Shown piece by piece: positions 23,101 to 37,200 of a stretch of DNA of 64,000 nucleotides; position 1 is the stretch's first letter, and each line of letters opens with the position of its first letter. Made by a program: the position numbers and the translations under genes. The stretch comes from Squalus acanthias (lineage: Eukaryota). The notes beneath the pieces are model-generated. The model saw nothing but the letters and a program-made list of their open reading frames with translations. It was not told the origin of the DNA and made no database searches. Where the stretch lies: positions 62,001-126,000 of the forward strand of contig JASTWF010000340.1 in NCBI GenBank assembly GCA_030390025.1, written 5' to 3'.

Positions 23101-26100
23101 TGACAGTTTTACCCTGTGTATTGGTTATCATACCCAATTTAACAATTAACGAACTGTTTTACTCTGTGTATTGGTTATCATACCCAATTTAACAATTAAC
23201 ACAGTTTTGCCCTGTGTATTGGTGATCATACCCAATTTAACAAGTAACTAACTGTTTTACTCTGTGTGTTGGTTATCTTACCCAATTCAACAATTAACTT
23301 TTGTTTTACCCTGTGTATTGGTTATCATACCCAATTTAACCATTAACTGACAGTTTTACCCTGTGTATTGGTGATCATACCCAATTTAACAAATAACTAA
23401 CTGTTTTACTCTGTGTGTTGGTTAGCATTCCCATTTTAACAATTAACTGTAACAATTTTATCATTTGTATTGCTTGTCATACCCAATATAACAATTAACT
23501 GTGACAGTTTCAGCCTGTGTATTGGTTATCATATCCAATTTAACAATTAACTAACTGTTTTACCTTGTGTATTGGATATCTTAACCAATTTAACAATTAA
23601 CAGTGACAGTTATAACCTGTGTACTGGTTATCATACCCAATTTAACAATTAACTGTGACAGTTTTAATCTGTGTATTGGTTATCATACCCAATTTAACAA
23701 TTAACTGTGGCAGTTTTAGCCAGTGTATTGGGAATCATACCCAATGTAAAAATTAACGGACAGTTTTACCCTGTGTATTGGTTATCATACCCAATATAAC
23801 AATTAACTGTGACAGTTTTACCCTGTGTATTGGTTATCATACCCAATTTAACAATTAACTGTGACAGTTTTACCCTGTGTATTGGTTATCATGCCCAATA
23901 TAACAATTAACTGTGACAGTTTTACCCTGTGTATTGGTGATCATACCCAATTTAACAAATAACTAACTGTTTTACTCTGTGTGTTGGTTAGCATTCCCAT
24001 TTTAACAATTAACTGTAACAATTTTATCATTTGTATTGCTTGTCATACCCAATATAACAATTAACTGTGACAGTTTCAGCCTGTGTATTGGTTATCATAC
24101 CCAATTTAACAATTAACTGTGACAGTTTTACCCTGTGTATTGGTTATCATGCCCAATATAACAATTAACTGTGACAGTATTACCCTGTGTATTGGTTATC
24201 ATACGCAATTTAACAATTAACTGTGACAGTTTTAATCTGTGTAATGGTTATCATATCCAATATAAAAATTAACTGTAACAATTTTATCATTTGTATTGCT
24301 TGTCATACCCAATATAACAATTAACTGTGACAGTTTCAGCCTATGTATTGGTTATCATATACAATTTAACAATTAACTAACTGTTTTACCTTGTGTATTG
24401 GATATCTTAACCAATTTAACAATTAACAGTGACAGTTATAACCTGTGTACTGGTTATCATACCCAATTTAACAAATAACTATGTCAGTTATACACTGTGT
24501 ATTGGTTATCATACACAATTTAACAATTAACTGTGACAGTTTTACCCTGTGTATTGGTTATCATACCCAATTTAACAATTAACTGTGACAGTTTTAATCT
24601 GTGTATTGGTTATCATACCCAATTTAACAATTAACTGTGACAGTTTTAGCCAGTGTATTGGTAATCATACCCAATGTACAAATTAACGCACAGTTTTTCC
24701 CTGTGTATTGGTTATCATACACAATTTAACAATTAACTGTGACAGTTTTAACCTGTGTAATGGTTATCATATCCAATATAACAATTAACTGTAACTGTTT
24801 TGCCCTGTGTATTGGTTATCATAATCAATTTAACAATTAACTGTGACAGTTTTATCCTGTGTATTGGTTATCAAACACAATTTAACATTTAACTGACAGT
24901 TTCACCCTGTGTATTGGTTATCATACCCGATTTAACAATTAACTAACTGTTTTACTCTGTGTATTGGTTATCATACCCAATTTAACAATTAACACAGTTT
25001 TGCCCTGTGTATTGGTGATCATACCCAATTTAACAAATAACTAACTGTTTTACTCTGTGTGTTGGTTATCTTACCCAATTCAACAATTAACTTTTGTTTT
25101 CCCTGTGTATTGGTTATCATACCCAATTTAACCATTAACTGACAGTTTTACCAAGTGTATTGGTGATCATACCCAATTTAACAAATAACTAACTGTTTTA
25201 CTCTGTGTGTTGGTTAGCATTCCCATTTTAACAATTAACTGTAACAATTTTATCATTTGTATTGCTTGTCATACCCAATATAACAATTAACTGTGACAGT
25301 TTCAGCCTGTGTATTGGTTATCATATCCAATTTAACAATTAACTAACTGTTTTACCTTGTGTATTGGATATCTTAACCAATTTAACAATTAACAGTGACA
25401 GTTATAACCTGTGTACTGGTTATCACACCCAATTTAACAATTAACTGTGACAGTTTTAATCTGTGTATTGGTTATCATACCCAATTTAACAATTAACTGT
25501 GGCAGTTTCAGCCAGTGTATTGGGAATCATACCCAATGTAAAAATTAACGGACAGTTTTACCCTGTGTATTGGTTATCATACCCAATATAACAATTAACT
25601 GTGACAGTTTTACCCTGTGTATTGGTTATCATGCCCAATATAACAATTAACTGACAGTTTTACCCTGTGTATTGGTTATCATACGCAATTTAACAATTAA
25701 CTGTGACAGTTTTAATCTGTGTAATGGTTATCATATCCAATATAAAAATTAACTGTAACTGTTTTGCCCTGTGTATTGGTTATCATAATCAATTTAACAA
25801 TTAACTGTGACAGTTTTATCCTGTGTATTGGTTATCAAACACAATTTAACATTTAACTGACAGTTTCACCCTGTGTATTGGTTATCATACCCAATTTAAC
25901 CATTAACTGTGACAGTTTTACCCTGTGTATAGGTTATCATACCCAATTTAACAATTAACTGTGACAGTTTTACCCTGTGTATTGGTTATCATACCCAATT
26001 TAACAATTAACTGACAGTTTTACCCTTTGTATTGGTTATCATACCCAATTTAACAATTAACTGACAGTTTTACCCTGTGTATTGGTTATCATATCCAATT

Positions 26101-28022
26101 TAACAATTAACTGTGACAGTTTTACCCTGTGTATTGGTTATCATACCCAATTTAACAATTAACTGACAGTTTTACACTGTGTATTGGTTATCATACCCAA
26201 TTTAACAATTAACTGACAGTTTTACCCTGTGTATTGGTTATCATACCCAATTTAACAATTAACTGACAGTTTTACCCTGTGTATTGGTTATCATACCCAA
26301 TTTAACAATTAACTGACAGTTTTACCTGTGTATTGGTTATCATACCCAATTTAACAATTAACTGTGACAGTTTTACCCTGTGTATTGGTTATCATACCCA
26401 ATTTAACAATTAACTGACAGTTTTACCCTGTGTATTGGTTATCATACCCAATTTAACAATTAACTGTGACAGTTTTACCCTGTGTATTGGTTATCATACC
26501 CAATTTAACAATTAACTGTGACAGTTTTACCCTGTGTATTGGTTATCATACCCAATTTAACAATTAACTGTGACAGTTTTACCCTGTGTATTGGTTATCA
26601 TACCCAATTTAACAATTAACTGTGACAGTTTTACCCTGTGTATTGGTTATCATACCAATTTAACAATTAACTGTGACAGTTTTACCCTGTGTATTGGTTA
26701 TCATATCCAATTTAACAATTAACTAACTATATTGCTCTGTGTATTGGTTATCATACCAAATTTAACAATTAACTGTGACAGTTTTATTCTGTGTATTGGT
26801 TATCATGCCCAATTTAACAATTAACTGTGACAGTTTTACCCTGTGTATTGGTTATCATACCCAATTTAACAATTAACTGACAGTTTTACCCTGTGTATTG
26901 GTTATCATACCCAATTTAACAATTAACTAACTGTTTTGCTCTGTGTGTTGGTTATCATACCAAATTTAACAATTAAATGTGACAGTTTTACCCTGTGTAT
27001 TGGTTATCATACCGAATTTAACAATTAACTGACAGTTATAACCTGTGTTTTGGTTATCATACCCAATCTAACAATTAAATGTGACAGTTTTACCCTGTGT
27101 ATTGGATATCTTACCCAATTTAACAATTAAATGTGACAGTTTAACCCTGTGTATTGGTTATCATATCCAATTTAACAATTAACTGTGACAGTTTAACACT
27201 GTGTATTGGTTATCATACACAATATAACAATTAACTGTGACAGTTTCACCATGTTTATTGGTTATCATACCCAATTTAACAATTAACTAACAGTTTTACC
27301 CTGTGTATTGGTTATCATACCCAATTTAACAATTAACTGTGAAAGTTTCACCCTGTGTATTGGTTATCATACCCAATTTAACAATTAACTGTGACAGTTT
27401 CACTCTGTGTATTGATTATCATACCCAATGTAACAATTAAATGTGACAGTTTTACCCTGTGTATTGCTTATCATACCCAATTTAACATTTAACTGTGACA
27501 GTTTTACCCTCTCTATTGGTTATCATATACAATTTAACAATTAACTGTGACAGTTTTACCCTGTGTATTGGTTATCATATCCAATTTAACAATTAACTAA
27601 CTATATTGCTCTGTGTATTGGTTATCATACCAAATTTAACAATTAACTGTGACAGTTTTATTCTGGGTATTGGTTATCATGCCCAATTTAACAATTAACT
27701 GTGACAGTTTTACCCTGTGTATTGGTTATCATACCCAATTTAACAATTAACTGTGACAGTTTTACCCTCTGTATTGGTTATCATACCAAATTTAACAATT
27801 AACTGTGACATTTTTAAACTGTGTTTTGGTTATCATACCCAATTTAACAATTAACTGACAGTTTCACTCTGTGTATTGGTTATAATACCCAATTTAACCA
27901 TTTACTGTGACAGTTTTACCCTGTGTATTGGTTATCATACCCAATTTAACAATTAACTGTGACAGTTTTACTCTGTGTATTGGTCATCATATCCAATTTA
28001 ACAATTAACTGTGACAGTTTTA
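20165..28022. repeat. AT-rich satellite, 52 bp monomer with 50 bp variant, ~150 copies
   Basis: Unit accctgtgtattggttatcatacccaatttaacaattaactgtgacagtttt; most homogeneous at ~25900-26700. Confidence 0.98.
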
Positions 28023-31000
28023 CCGAGGTTTCAGAACTGGGTACTGGAAGGAGGTATACAGTGGAGTGCCCCTGGGTTCAGTACTGGTGTCTGGGGGAAG
28101 GTATACACTGTCGATCCCCAGGGTTCAGCACTGTGGGCTGGAGAGAGGGAGACAGTGCTGTTCCCCAGGGTTCAGTACTGGGGTCTGGAGGGAGATATAC
28201 AGTGGTGTTCCCCAGGGTTCAGTACTGGGGCTTGGAGGGAGATATATCGTGGAGTTTCCCTGGGTTCAGCACTGTGGGAGCAGGGAGATATACAGTGGAG
28301 TTCACCAGGGATCAGCACTGGGGGTCTGGAGGGAGGTATACAGTGGAGTTCCCCAGGGTTCAGTACTGGGGTCTGGAGGGAGGTATACAGTGGAGTTCCC
28401 CAGGTTCAGTATTGGGGTATCGAGCGAGGTATACAGTGGAGTTCCCCAGGGTTCAGTACTGGGGTCTGCGGGGGACGTATACAGTGGAGTTCCCCAGGGT
28501 TCAGTACTGGGGGCTGGAGGGAGGTATACAGTCGAGTTTTCCAGGGTTCAGTACTGGGGTCTGGAGGGAGGTATACAGTCGAGTTCCCCAGGGTTCAGTA
28601 CTGGGGTCTGGAGGGAGGTATACAGTGGAGTTCCCCAGGGATCAGTACTGGGGTCTGGAGGGAGGTGTACAGTGGAGTTCCCCAGGGTTCAGTAGCAGGG
28701 GCTGGCGTGAGGTTTACAATGGAGTTCCCCAGGGTTCAGTACTGGGGTCTGGAGGGAGGTACACAGTGGAGTTCCCCAGTGTTCAGTAGCAGAGGCTGCC
28801 GTGAGGTTTACAATGGAGTTCCCCAGGTTTCAGTACTGGGGTTTGGGGAGAGGTATACAGTGGAGTTCCCCAGCGATCAATACTGTGGGCTTAAGGGTGT
28901 TATATATTGGAGTTCCCCAGGGTGTACAACAGGGGTCGGGTGGTAGGCAAACACTGGACATACCCAGGACGCTGTACTGGGGGCTGCAGGGATGTATAAA
29001 GTGCAGTTCCACAGGGTTCAGGACTGGGGGGCTGCAGGGATGTATACAGTCGAGTTCAACAGGTTTTCAGTTTGTGGCTCGAGAGAGAGGTGCACAGTGG
29101 AGTTCCCCCACAGTACAGTACTGGGGGCTCGAGCGATGTATACAGTGGATTTACCCAGGTTTCTGTTATGTGGGCTGGAGGGCGGTTTCAGTGGAGTTCC
29201 CCAGGGTTCAGTAGCAGGGGCTGGAAGGAGGTATATAGTGGAGATCCCCAGGTTTCAGTACTGGGGGCTGGAGGGAGGTATACAGTGGAGTTCCCCAGGG
29301 TTCAGTACTGGTGTCTGGGGGGAGGTTTTGAGTGGAGTTCCCCAGGGTTCAGTACTGGGGTCTGGAGGGAGGTAGACAGTGGAGTTCCCCAGGGTTCAGT
29401 ACTGGGGTCTGGAGGGAGGTATACAGTGGAGTTCGCCAGGGTTCAGTACTGGGGTCTGCAGGGAGGTATACAGTGGAGTTCCCCAGGGTTCAGTACTGGG
29501 GTCCGGAGGGAGGTATACAGTGGAGTTCCCCAGGGTTCAGTACTGGGGTCTGGAGGGAGGTATACAGTGGAGTTCCCCAGGGTTCAGTACTGGGGTCTGG
29601 AGGGAGGTATACAGTGGAGGTCCCCAGGGTTCAGTACTGGGGTCTGGAGGGAGGTATACAGTGGAGTTCCCCAGGGTTCAGTACTGGGGGCTGGAGGGAG
29701 GTATACAGTGGAGTTCCCCAGGGTTCAGTACTGGGGTCTGGAGGGAGGTATACAGTGGAGTTCCCCAGGGTTAATTACTGGGGTATGGAGAGAGGTATAC
29801 AGTGGAGTTCCCCAGGGTTCAGTACTGGGGTCTGGAGGGAGGTATACACTGGAGTTCCCCAGGGTTCAGTACTGGGGGCTGGAGGGAGGTATACAGTGGA
29901 GTTCCCCAGGGTTCAGTACTGGGGTCTGGAGGGAGGTATACAGTGGAGTTCCCCAGGGTTCAGTACTGGGGTCTGGAGGGAGGTATACAGTGGAGTTCCC
30001 CAGGGTTAATTACTGGGGTATGGAGAGAGGTATACAGTGGAGTTCCCCAGGGCTCAGTACTGGTGTCTGGAGGGAGGTATACAGTGGAGTTCCCCAGGGT
30101 TCAGTACTGGGGTCTGGAGGGAGGTATACAGTGGAGTTCCCCAGGGTTCAGTACTGGGGTCTGGGGGAGGGATTCAATGGATTTCCCCAGGGTTCAGTAC
30201 TGGGATAGGGAGGGAGGTATACAGTGGAGTTCCCCAGGGTTCAGTACTGGGGGCTGGAGGGAGGTATACAGTGGAGTTCCCCAGAGTTCAGTACTGGGGT
30301 GTGGAGGGAGGTATACAGTGGAGTTCCCCAGGGTTCAGTACTGGGGTCTGGAGGGAGGTATACAGTGGAGTTCCCCAGGGTTTAGTATTGGGGTCTGGAG
30401 GGAGGTATACAGTGGAGTTCCCCAGGGTTCAGTACTGGGGTCTGGAGGGAGGTATACAGTGGCGTTCCCCATGGTTCAGTACTGGGGGCTGGAGGGAGGT
30501 ATACAGTGGAGTTCCCCAGAGTTCAGTACTGGGGTGTGGAGGGAGGTATACAGTGGAGTTCCCCAGGGTTCAGTACTGGTGTCTGGAGGGAGGTATACAG
30601 TGGAGTTCCCCAGGGTTCAGTACTGGGGTCTGGAGGGAGGTATACGGTGGAATTCCCCAGGGTTCAGTACTGGGGTCTGGAGGGAGGTATACAGTGGAGT
30701 TCCCCAGGGATCAGTACTGGGGGCTGGAGGGACGTATACAGTGGAGTTCCCCAGAGTTCAGTACTGGGGTCTGGAGGGAGGTATACAGTGGAGTTCCCCA
30801 GGGTTCAGTACTGGGTTCTGGAGGGAGGTATACAGTGGAGTTCCCCAGGGATCAGTACTGGGGGCTGGAGGGACGTATACAGTGGAGTTCCCCAGAGTTC
30901 AGTACTGGTGTCTGGAGCGAGGTATACAGTGGAGATCCCCAGGGTTCAGTACTGGGGTCTGGAGGGAGGTATACAGTGGAGTTCCCCAGGGTTCAGTACT

Positions 31001-31995
31001 GGTGTCTGGGGGGAGGTATACAGTGGAGTTCCCCAGGGTTCGGTACTGGGGTCTGGGGAGATGTATACAGTGGAGTTCCCCAGGGTTCAGTACTGGGGGC
31101 TGGAGGGAGGTATACAGTGGAGTTCCCCAGGGTTCAGTACTGGGGTCTGGAGGGAGGTATACAGTGGAGTTCCCCAGGGTTCAGTACTGGGGTCTGGAGG
31201 GAGGTATACAGTGGAGTTCCCCAGGGTTCAGTACTGGGGTCTGGAGGGAGGTATACAGTGGAGTTCCCCAGGGTTCAGTAGCAGGGGCTGAAGGGTGGTA
31301 TACAGTGTAGTTCCCCAGGGTTCAGTACTAGAGTCTGGAGGGAGGTATACAGTGGAGTACCCCAGGGTTCAGTACTGGGGGCTGGAGGGAGGTATACAGT
31401 GGAGTTCCCCAGGGTTCAGTACTGGGGTCTGGAGGGAGGTATACAGTGGAGTTCCCCAGGGTTCAGTACTGGTGTCTGGAGGGAGGTATGCGGTGGAGTT
31501 CCCCAGGGTTCAGTACTGGGGTCTGGAGGGAGGTAGACAGTGGCGTTCCCCAGGGTTCAGTACTCGTGTCTGGGTGGAAGTATACAGTGGAGTTCCCCAG
31601 GGTTCTTTACTGGGGGCTGGAGGGAGGTATACAATCCTGTTCCCCAGTGTTCAGTACTGGGGTCTGGGGGGAGGTATACAGTGGAATTCCCCAGGGTTCA
31701 GTACTGGGGGCTGGAGGGAGGTATACAGTGGAATTCCCCAGGGTTCAGTGCTGGGGTCTGGAGGGAGGTATACAGTGGAGTTCCCCAGGGTTCAGTACTG
31801 GGGGCTGGACGGAGGTATACAGTGGAGTTCCCCAGGGTTTAGTACAGGAGTCTGGACGGAGGTATACAGTGGAGTTCCCCAGGGTTCAGTACTGGTGTCT
31901 GGAGGGAGGTATACAGTGGAGTTCCCCAGGGTTCAGTACTGGGGTCTGGAGGGAGGTATGCAGTGCTGTTGCACAGTGTTCAGTACTGGGGGGAG
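28023..31995 (+). repeat. GC-rich 47 bp satellite derived from the CR1 RT motif WREVYSGVPQGSVLG, ~80-85 copies
   Basis: Unit ctggagggaggtatacagtggagttccccagggttcagtactggggt. Compare the CR1 fragment at 16299 (ctggagggaagtgcacagtggtgtcccccag). Confidence 0.95.
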
Positions 31996-32904
31996 GGGGG
32001 AGACATAAATATTATAGTTATAGCCATACATTTGCATTACTGATGGATATTATTTATTATGTATTTCTAATAGCTCTATAAATGGGCAAATAATTGGCAA
32101 ATGCAATTTAACAGATAAATCTGCGGTATTACATTTTAAGAAAAGTAGAGAGGTCACATATTACTTGGAAAATAAGAATCTAAATGGGGTCGAGGAGCAA
32201 AGGAATCTCGGAGTACAAATACACACATCACTGAAAGTAGCGATCAGGTTAATAAGGCCATAAAAAGCTAACCAAGCACTCGGGTTTATATCTGGAGGGG
32301 TAGAATTGAAAAGTAGCGAATTTATGCTAAACTTGTATCGAACCTTGGTGAGACAACACTTGGAGTGCTGCGTACAGTTCTGGTCGCTGTATTATAAAAA
32401 AGGACAGAGGCACTGGAGAGGGTGCAGAGAAGATTTACACGGATAATACCAGAAAAGCAAGGTACACATATTAGGAAAGGATGAACAGGCTGGGTCTCCT
32501 TTCTCTTGAAGGCTGAGGGTTGACCAGATAGAGGTCTTTAAAATGAGGAAAAGTTTTGATGGAGTGGATACAGAGAGAATGTTTCCACTTGTGGGGAACA
32601 GCAAAATTAGAGGCCATCAATATAAGGTCGTCACCAAGAAATCAATAAGGGAATTCAGAAGAAACCTCTTTACCCAGAGAGTGGTGAGAATGTGGAACTC
32701 ACTACCACAGGGAGTGGTTGAAGCGAATAGTATTGATGCATTTAAGGGGCAGTTAGATAAGCATATGTGGGAGAAGGGAATAGAGGGTTACGCTGATAGA
32801 ATTAGGTGAAGTAAGACGGGAGGAGGCTCGAGTGGAGCATAAAAGCTGGCATGGACTGGTTGGGCCGAATGGCCTGGTTCTGTGCTGTGTACCCCATGTA
32901 ATCC

Positions 32905-33380
32905 CCTGTTACAGAGTAAAGCTCTCATCAAATACCTCCAGGGCAGGTACAGTGGGTTAGATACAAAGTAAAGCTCCCTCTACACTGTCCCATCAAACAC
33001 TCCCAGGGCAGGGACAGCACGGGTTAGATACAGAGTAAAGCTCCCTCTACACTGCCCCACCAAACATTCCTAGGGCAGGTACAGTGGGTTAGATACAGAG
33101 TAAAGCTCCCTCGACACTGCCCCACCAAACATTCCCAGGGCAGGTACAGCACGGATTAGATACAGAGTAAAGCTCCCTCTACACTGCCCCACCAAACATT
33201 CCCAGGGCAGGTACAGCACGGATTAGATACTCAGTAAAGCTCCCTCTACACTGTCCCATCAAACACTCCCAGGGCAGGTACAGCACAGGTTAGATACAGA
33301 GTAAAGTTCCCTCTACACTGCCCCACCAAACATTCCCAGGGCAGGTACAGCACGGATTAGCTACAGAGTAAAGTTCCCTG
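32905..33380 (+). repeat. 67 bp tandem repeat, ~7 copies
   Basis: Unit ttagatacagagtaaagctccctctacactgtcccatcaaacactcccagggcaggtacagcacggg. Confidence 0.95.
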
Positions 33381-33672
33381 CAATTTGGTTCATCAACACA
33401 ACCAACTCTGATTCATCATGTGTTCAATGCAGCGTACAGCTCCCTTGACACTACCCAATGAAGCACAACCAGCTCGGGTACAGCATGGGATGAATACAGA
33501 ATAAAGATCTCACTACATGCAAGTGTCAAACACTCCCGGGTGGTGTACGGGCAAGGTTTATCTCCGAGTTAAGCTGAGCCTGACGGCAGATGTTGAATAG
33601 CTCCCAGTACCTGGGTAGACTCTCACCTCAGCAATATCCTGGACTGATGGGATTCTCAGTAAAGTTCCTCAC

Positions 33673-34140
33673 CTTTCCAATCATTGTTGAAGCTTCCCGT
33701 TTTATCCCGTCTCCGACACGGGGGTCTCGGTCCAACCAGATCTGCTCTGTGAAGCCAGCGACATTTCTCTAGTCCCAGTCAGTGAGGCGATGATTCGACT
33801 TCCCTCTCTCCACCTTCCTGAGATATTGCTCACTCCCAGAGACTGTCAATAGAAAAATGATTCATATTAATCCCAGATCCTGTACCTGGAATACAGTGGG
33901 GCTGTTTTTGTGACTGGGATTGTATCTAATTTCATTATATTTGCCATTAATGTGTGTTTGAATTACTTACATTAATATTAAATTGTTCCTTTCAGCCCTT
34001 TGCCCTGTTTATTGGGACTAAACTCACTGCCAGTGTCAGCTGTCACTCCAGCTCCTCCCACACTGACATCCCACTGATGGGCCGTAACCAGGGGCGGGGC
34101 CCTGTTTCCAAGTGACATCACACAGGAGCAGGGAGCCAAT
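33673..34140 (-). other. Putative two-exon module, copy A (upstream exon ends 34028; exon 33842-33673, 170 nt, 1 nt shorter than copies B and C)
   Basis: Donor GTGAGT at 34027, acceptor tttttctattgacag at 33843, donor AAG|GTGAGG at 33672; GC box and TGACATCA nearby. The gene is not identified. Confidence 0.5.
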
Positions 34141-34206
34141 CAATCAAAGAGCAGCCTGGAAAAATGTTAAAGCGGCCAAGCCCCTCCCAATCCCCCCGGG
34201 GCAGGT

Positions 34207-37200
34207 ACATAACGAACATACGAATTAGGAGCAGGAGTCGGCCATTCGGCCCCTCAAGCCTGTTCCGCCATTCAATAAGATCATGGCTGATCTGATTACT
34301 CCACATTCCCGTCCAACCCCCGATAACCTTTCACCCCCTTGCTTATCAAGAATCTATCTACGTCCGCCTTAAAAATATTCAAAGACTCTTCTTCCACCGC
34401 CCTCTGAGGAAGAGAGTTCCAAAGACTCACGACCCTCTGAGAAAAAAATTCTCCTCATCTCTGTCTAAAATGGGCGCTCCATTATTTTTAAACAGTGACC
34501 CCTAGTTCTAGATTCTCCCACAAGAGGAAACATCCTCTCCGCATCCACCCTGGCAAGACCCCTCAGGATCTTATAGGTTTCAATCAAGTTACCTCTTACT
34601 CTTCTAAACTCCAGTGGATACAAGCCTAGCCTGCCCAACCTTTCCTCATAAGACAACCCGCCCATTCCAGGTATTAGTCTAGTAAACCTTATCTGAACTG
34701 TTTCCAATGCATTTACATCCTTCCTTAAATAAGGAGACTTATACTGTACTCAGTACTCCAGATGTGGTCTCACCAATGCCCTCTATAACTGAAGCATAAA
34801 CTCCCTACTTTTGTATTCAATTCCCCTCGCAATAAACGTTAACATTCTATTAGCTGTCCTAATTACTTGCTGTACCTGCATACTAACCTTTTGCGATTCT
34901 TGCACTAGGACACCCAGAACCCTCTGCATCTCAAAGCTCTGCAATCTCTCACCATTTAGATAATATGCTTATTTTTTATTTTTCCTGCCAAAATGCACGT
35001 TTGCACATTTTCACACATTATACTCTATTTGCCAGATCTTTGCCCACTCACTTAACCTATTTATATACCTTTGTAGCCTCCATATGTCCTCTTCACAATT
35101 TACTTTCCTACTTATCTTTTTGTCATCAGCAAATTTAGCAACCATACCTTCGGTCCCTTCATCCAAGTCATTTATATAAATTGTAAAAAGTTGACGCCCC
35201 AGCATTATCCCTGTGGCACACTACACGTTACATCTTGCCAACCAGAAAATGACCCATTTATGCCTACAATCTGTTTCCTGTTAGCTAGCCAATCTTCTAT
35301 CCATGCCAATATGTTAGCCCTTACCCCATGAGCTTTTATTTTCCGAAATAACCTTTGATGTGGCACCTTATCAAATGCCTTCTGGAAATCTAAGTACAGT
35401 ACATCCAACGCTTCCCCTTTATCCACAGCACATGTTACTTCCTCAAAGAACTCCAATAAATTGGTTTCTCAAAGCCATGCTGACTCTGCCTGATTACCTT
35501 GAACTTTTACAAGTGCCCTGCTATAACGTCTTTAATAATAGTTTCTAGCATCTTCCCCAAGACAGGTGTTAAGCTAACTGGCCTGTAGTTTCCTGCTTTC
35601 TGTCTCCCTCCCTTTTTGAATAAAGGAGTTACAATCGCTATTTTCTAATCTAATGGAACCTTCCCCGAATCTAGGGAATTTTGGAAAATTAAAACCAACG
35701 CATCAACTATCTCACCAGCTACTTCTTTTAAGACCCTAGGATGAAGTCCATCAGGACCCGGGGACTTGTCAGCCCGCATCTCCAACAATTTCCTCAGTAC
35801 TACTTCCCTGGTGATTGTAATTTTCCTGACTTCCTCCCTCCCTTCCATTTCCTGATTTACAGCTGTTTCTGGGATGTTACTTGTATCCTCTATAGTGAAG
35901 ACCGATGCAAAATACCTGTTCAATTCAACTGCCATCTCCTTATTTTCCATTATTAATTCCCCAGTCTCACTTTGTATAGCACCAACGCTCCCTTTGTGAA
36001 CTCTTTTCTTTTTAGAATATCTATAGAAACTCTTACAATCTGTTTTTATATGTCTAGCTAGCTTTTTCTCGTACTCTAATTTTTCTCCCCTTATTAATCT
36101 TTTAGTAATTCTTTGCTGTTTGTTTATATTCTGTCCAATCTTCTGACCTGCCACCCATCTTTGCACAATTATATGCTTTTTCTTTAAGTTTGATACTATC
36201 TTTAACTTTTTTAGTTAACCACAGATGGTGGGTCCTCCCCTTGGAATTTTTATTTCTCGTTGGAATGGATCTATTCTGTGTATTCTGAAATATCCCATTA
36301 AATGTCTGCCACTGCAGCTCTATTGACCTATCGCTTAATCTAGTTTGCCAGTTCACTTTAGCTAGCTCTGCTATCATGCCCTCATAATTGCCCTTATTCA
36401 AGTTAAAAAAACTATTCTTGGACCAAATCTTCTCTCCCTCAAACTGAATGTAAAATTCAATCATATTATGATCGCTGCGACCTAGGGGCACCTTCACTAT
36501 GTGGTCATTCATTAATCTTATCTTGTTTCACAATACCAGGTCTACTATAGCCTGCTCTCTGGTTGGCTCCAGAACGTGCTGTTCTAAGAAACTGTCCCAA
36601 AAACATTCTATGAACTCCTCATCTAGGCTACCTTTGCCCATCTGATTTTTCCATCTATATGTAGATTCAAATTCCCCATGATTATTGCCGTACCTTTCTG
36701 ACAAGCTCCCATTATTTCTTCCTTGATACTCCATCCTAACGTGTGGTTACTGTTAGGGGGCCTGTACACCACTTCCACAAGTGACTTCTTGCTTCATCAT
36801 TTCTCATCTCTACCCAAACCGCTTCTACATCCTGGTTTCCTGAACTGAAGTCACCCCTCTATTGCGCTAATACCATTATTAATTTACAGAGCCACCCCTC
36901 CACTTTTTCCTAAATATCATGTACCCTTCAATATTCAGGTCCCAATGTTTGTCATCCTGCAGCCATGTCTCTGTAATGGCTATCAGATTGTACTTATTTA
37001 ATTCTATTTGCGCCATCAGTTCATCTGTTTTGTTTCGAATGCTTCGTGCATTCAGATACAGAGCCTTTAGTTTTGTCCTTTTATTATTTTGGTAAGCTTT
37101 AGCCTTATCTGTTGATTTACTCTTAGATTTGTACTCTCTATCCCTTCCCGTCACGGTCTGTTTATCATTTCCCATATTAATACCTTTCTCTCCTGTCTTG

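Larger units (their letters stand above)
32000..34145. repeat. Segmental duplication copy A (paralogous to 58455-63065; 33420-34145 also to 42725-43450)
   Basis: Collinear unique sequence, a CR1 fragment (32080-32905), a 67 bp array and the exon module are shared with copy C at high visible identity. Confidence 0.92.

Noticed and set aside
27959..32081. Overlapping 200-500 aa ORFs with repeated SGVPQGSVLG
   Set aside because: Translation artefact of the 47 bp satellite; no other RT motifs are present.
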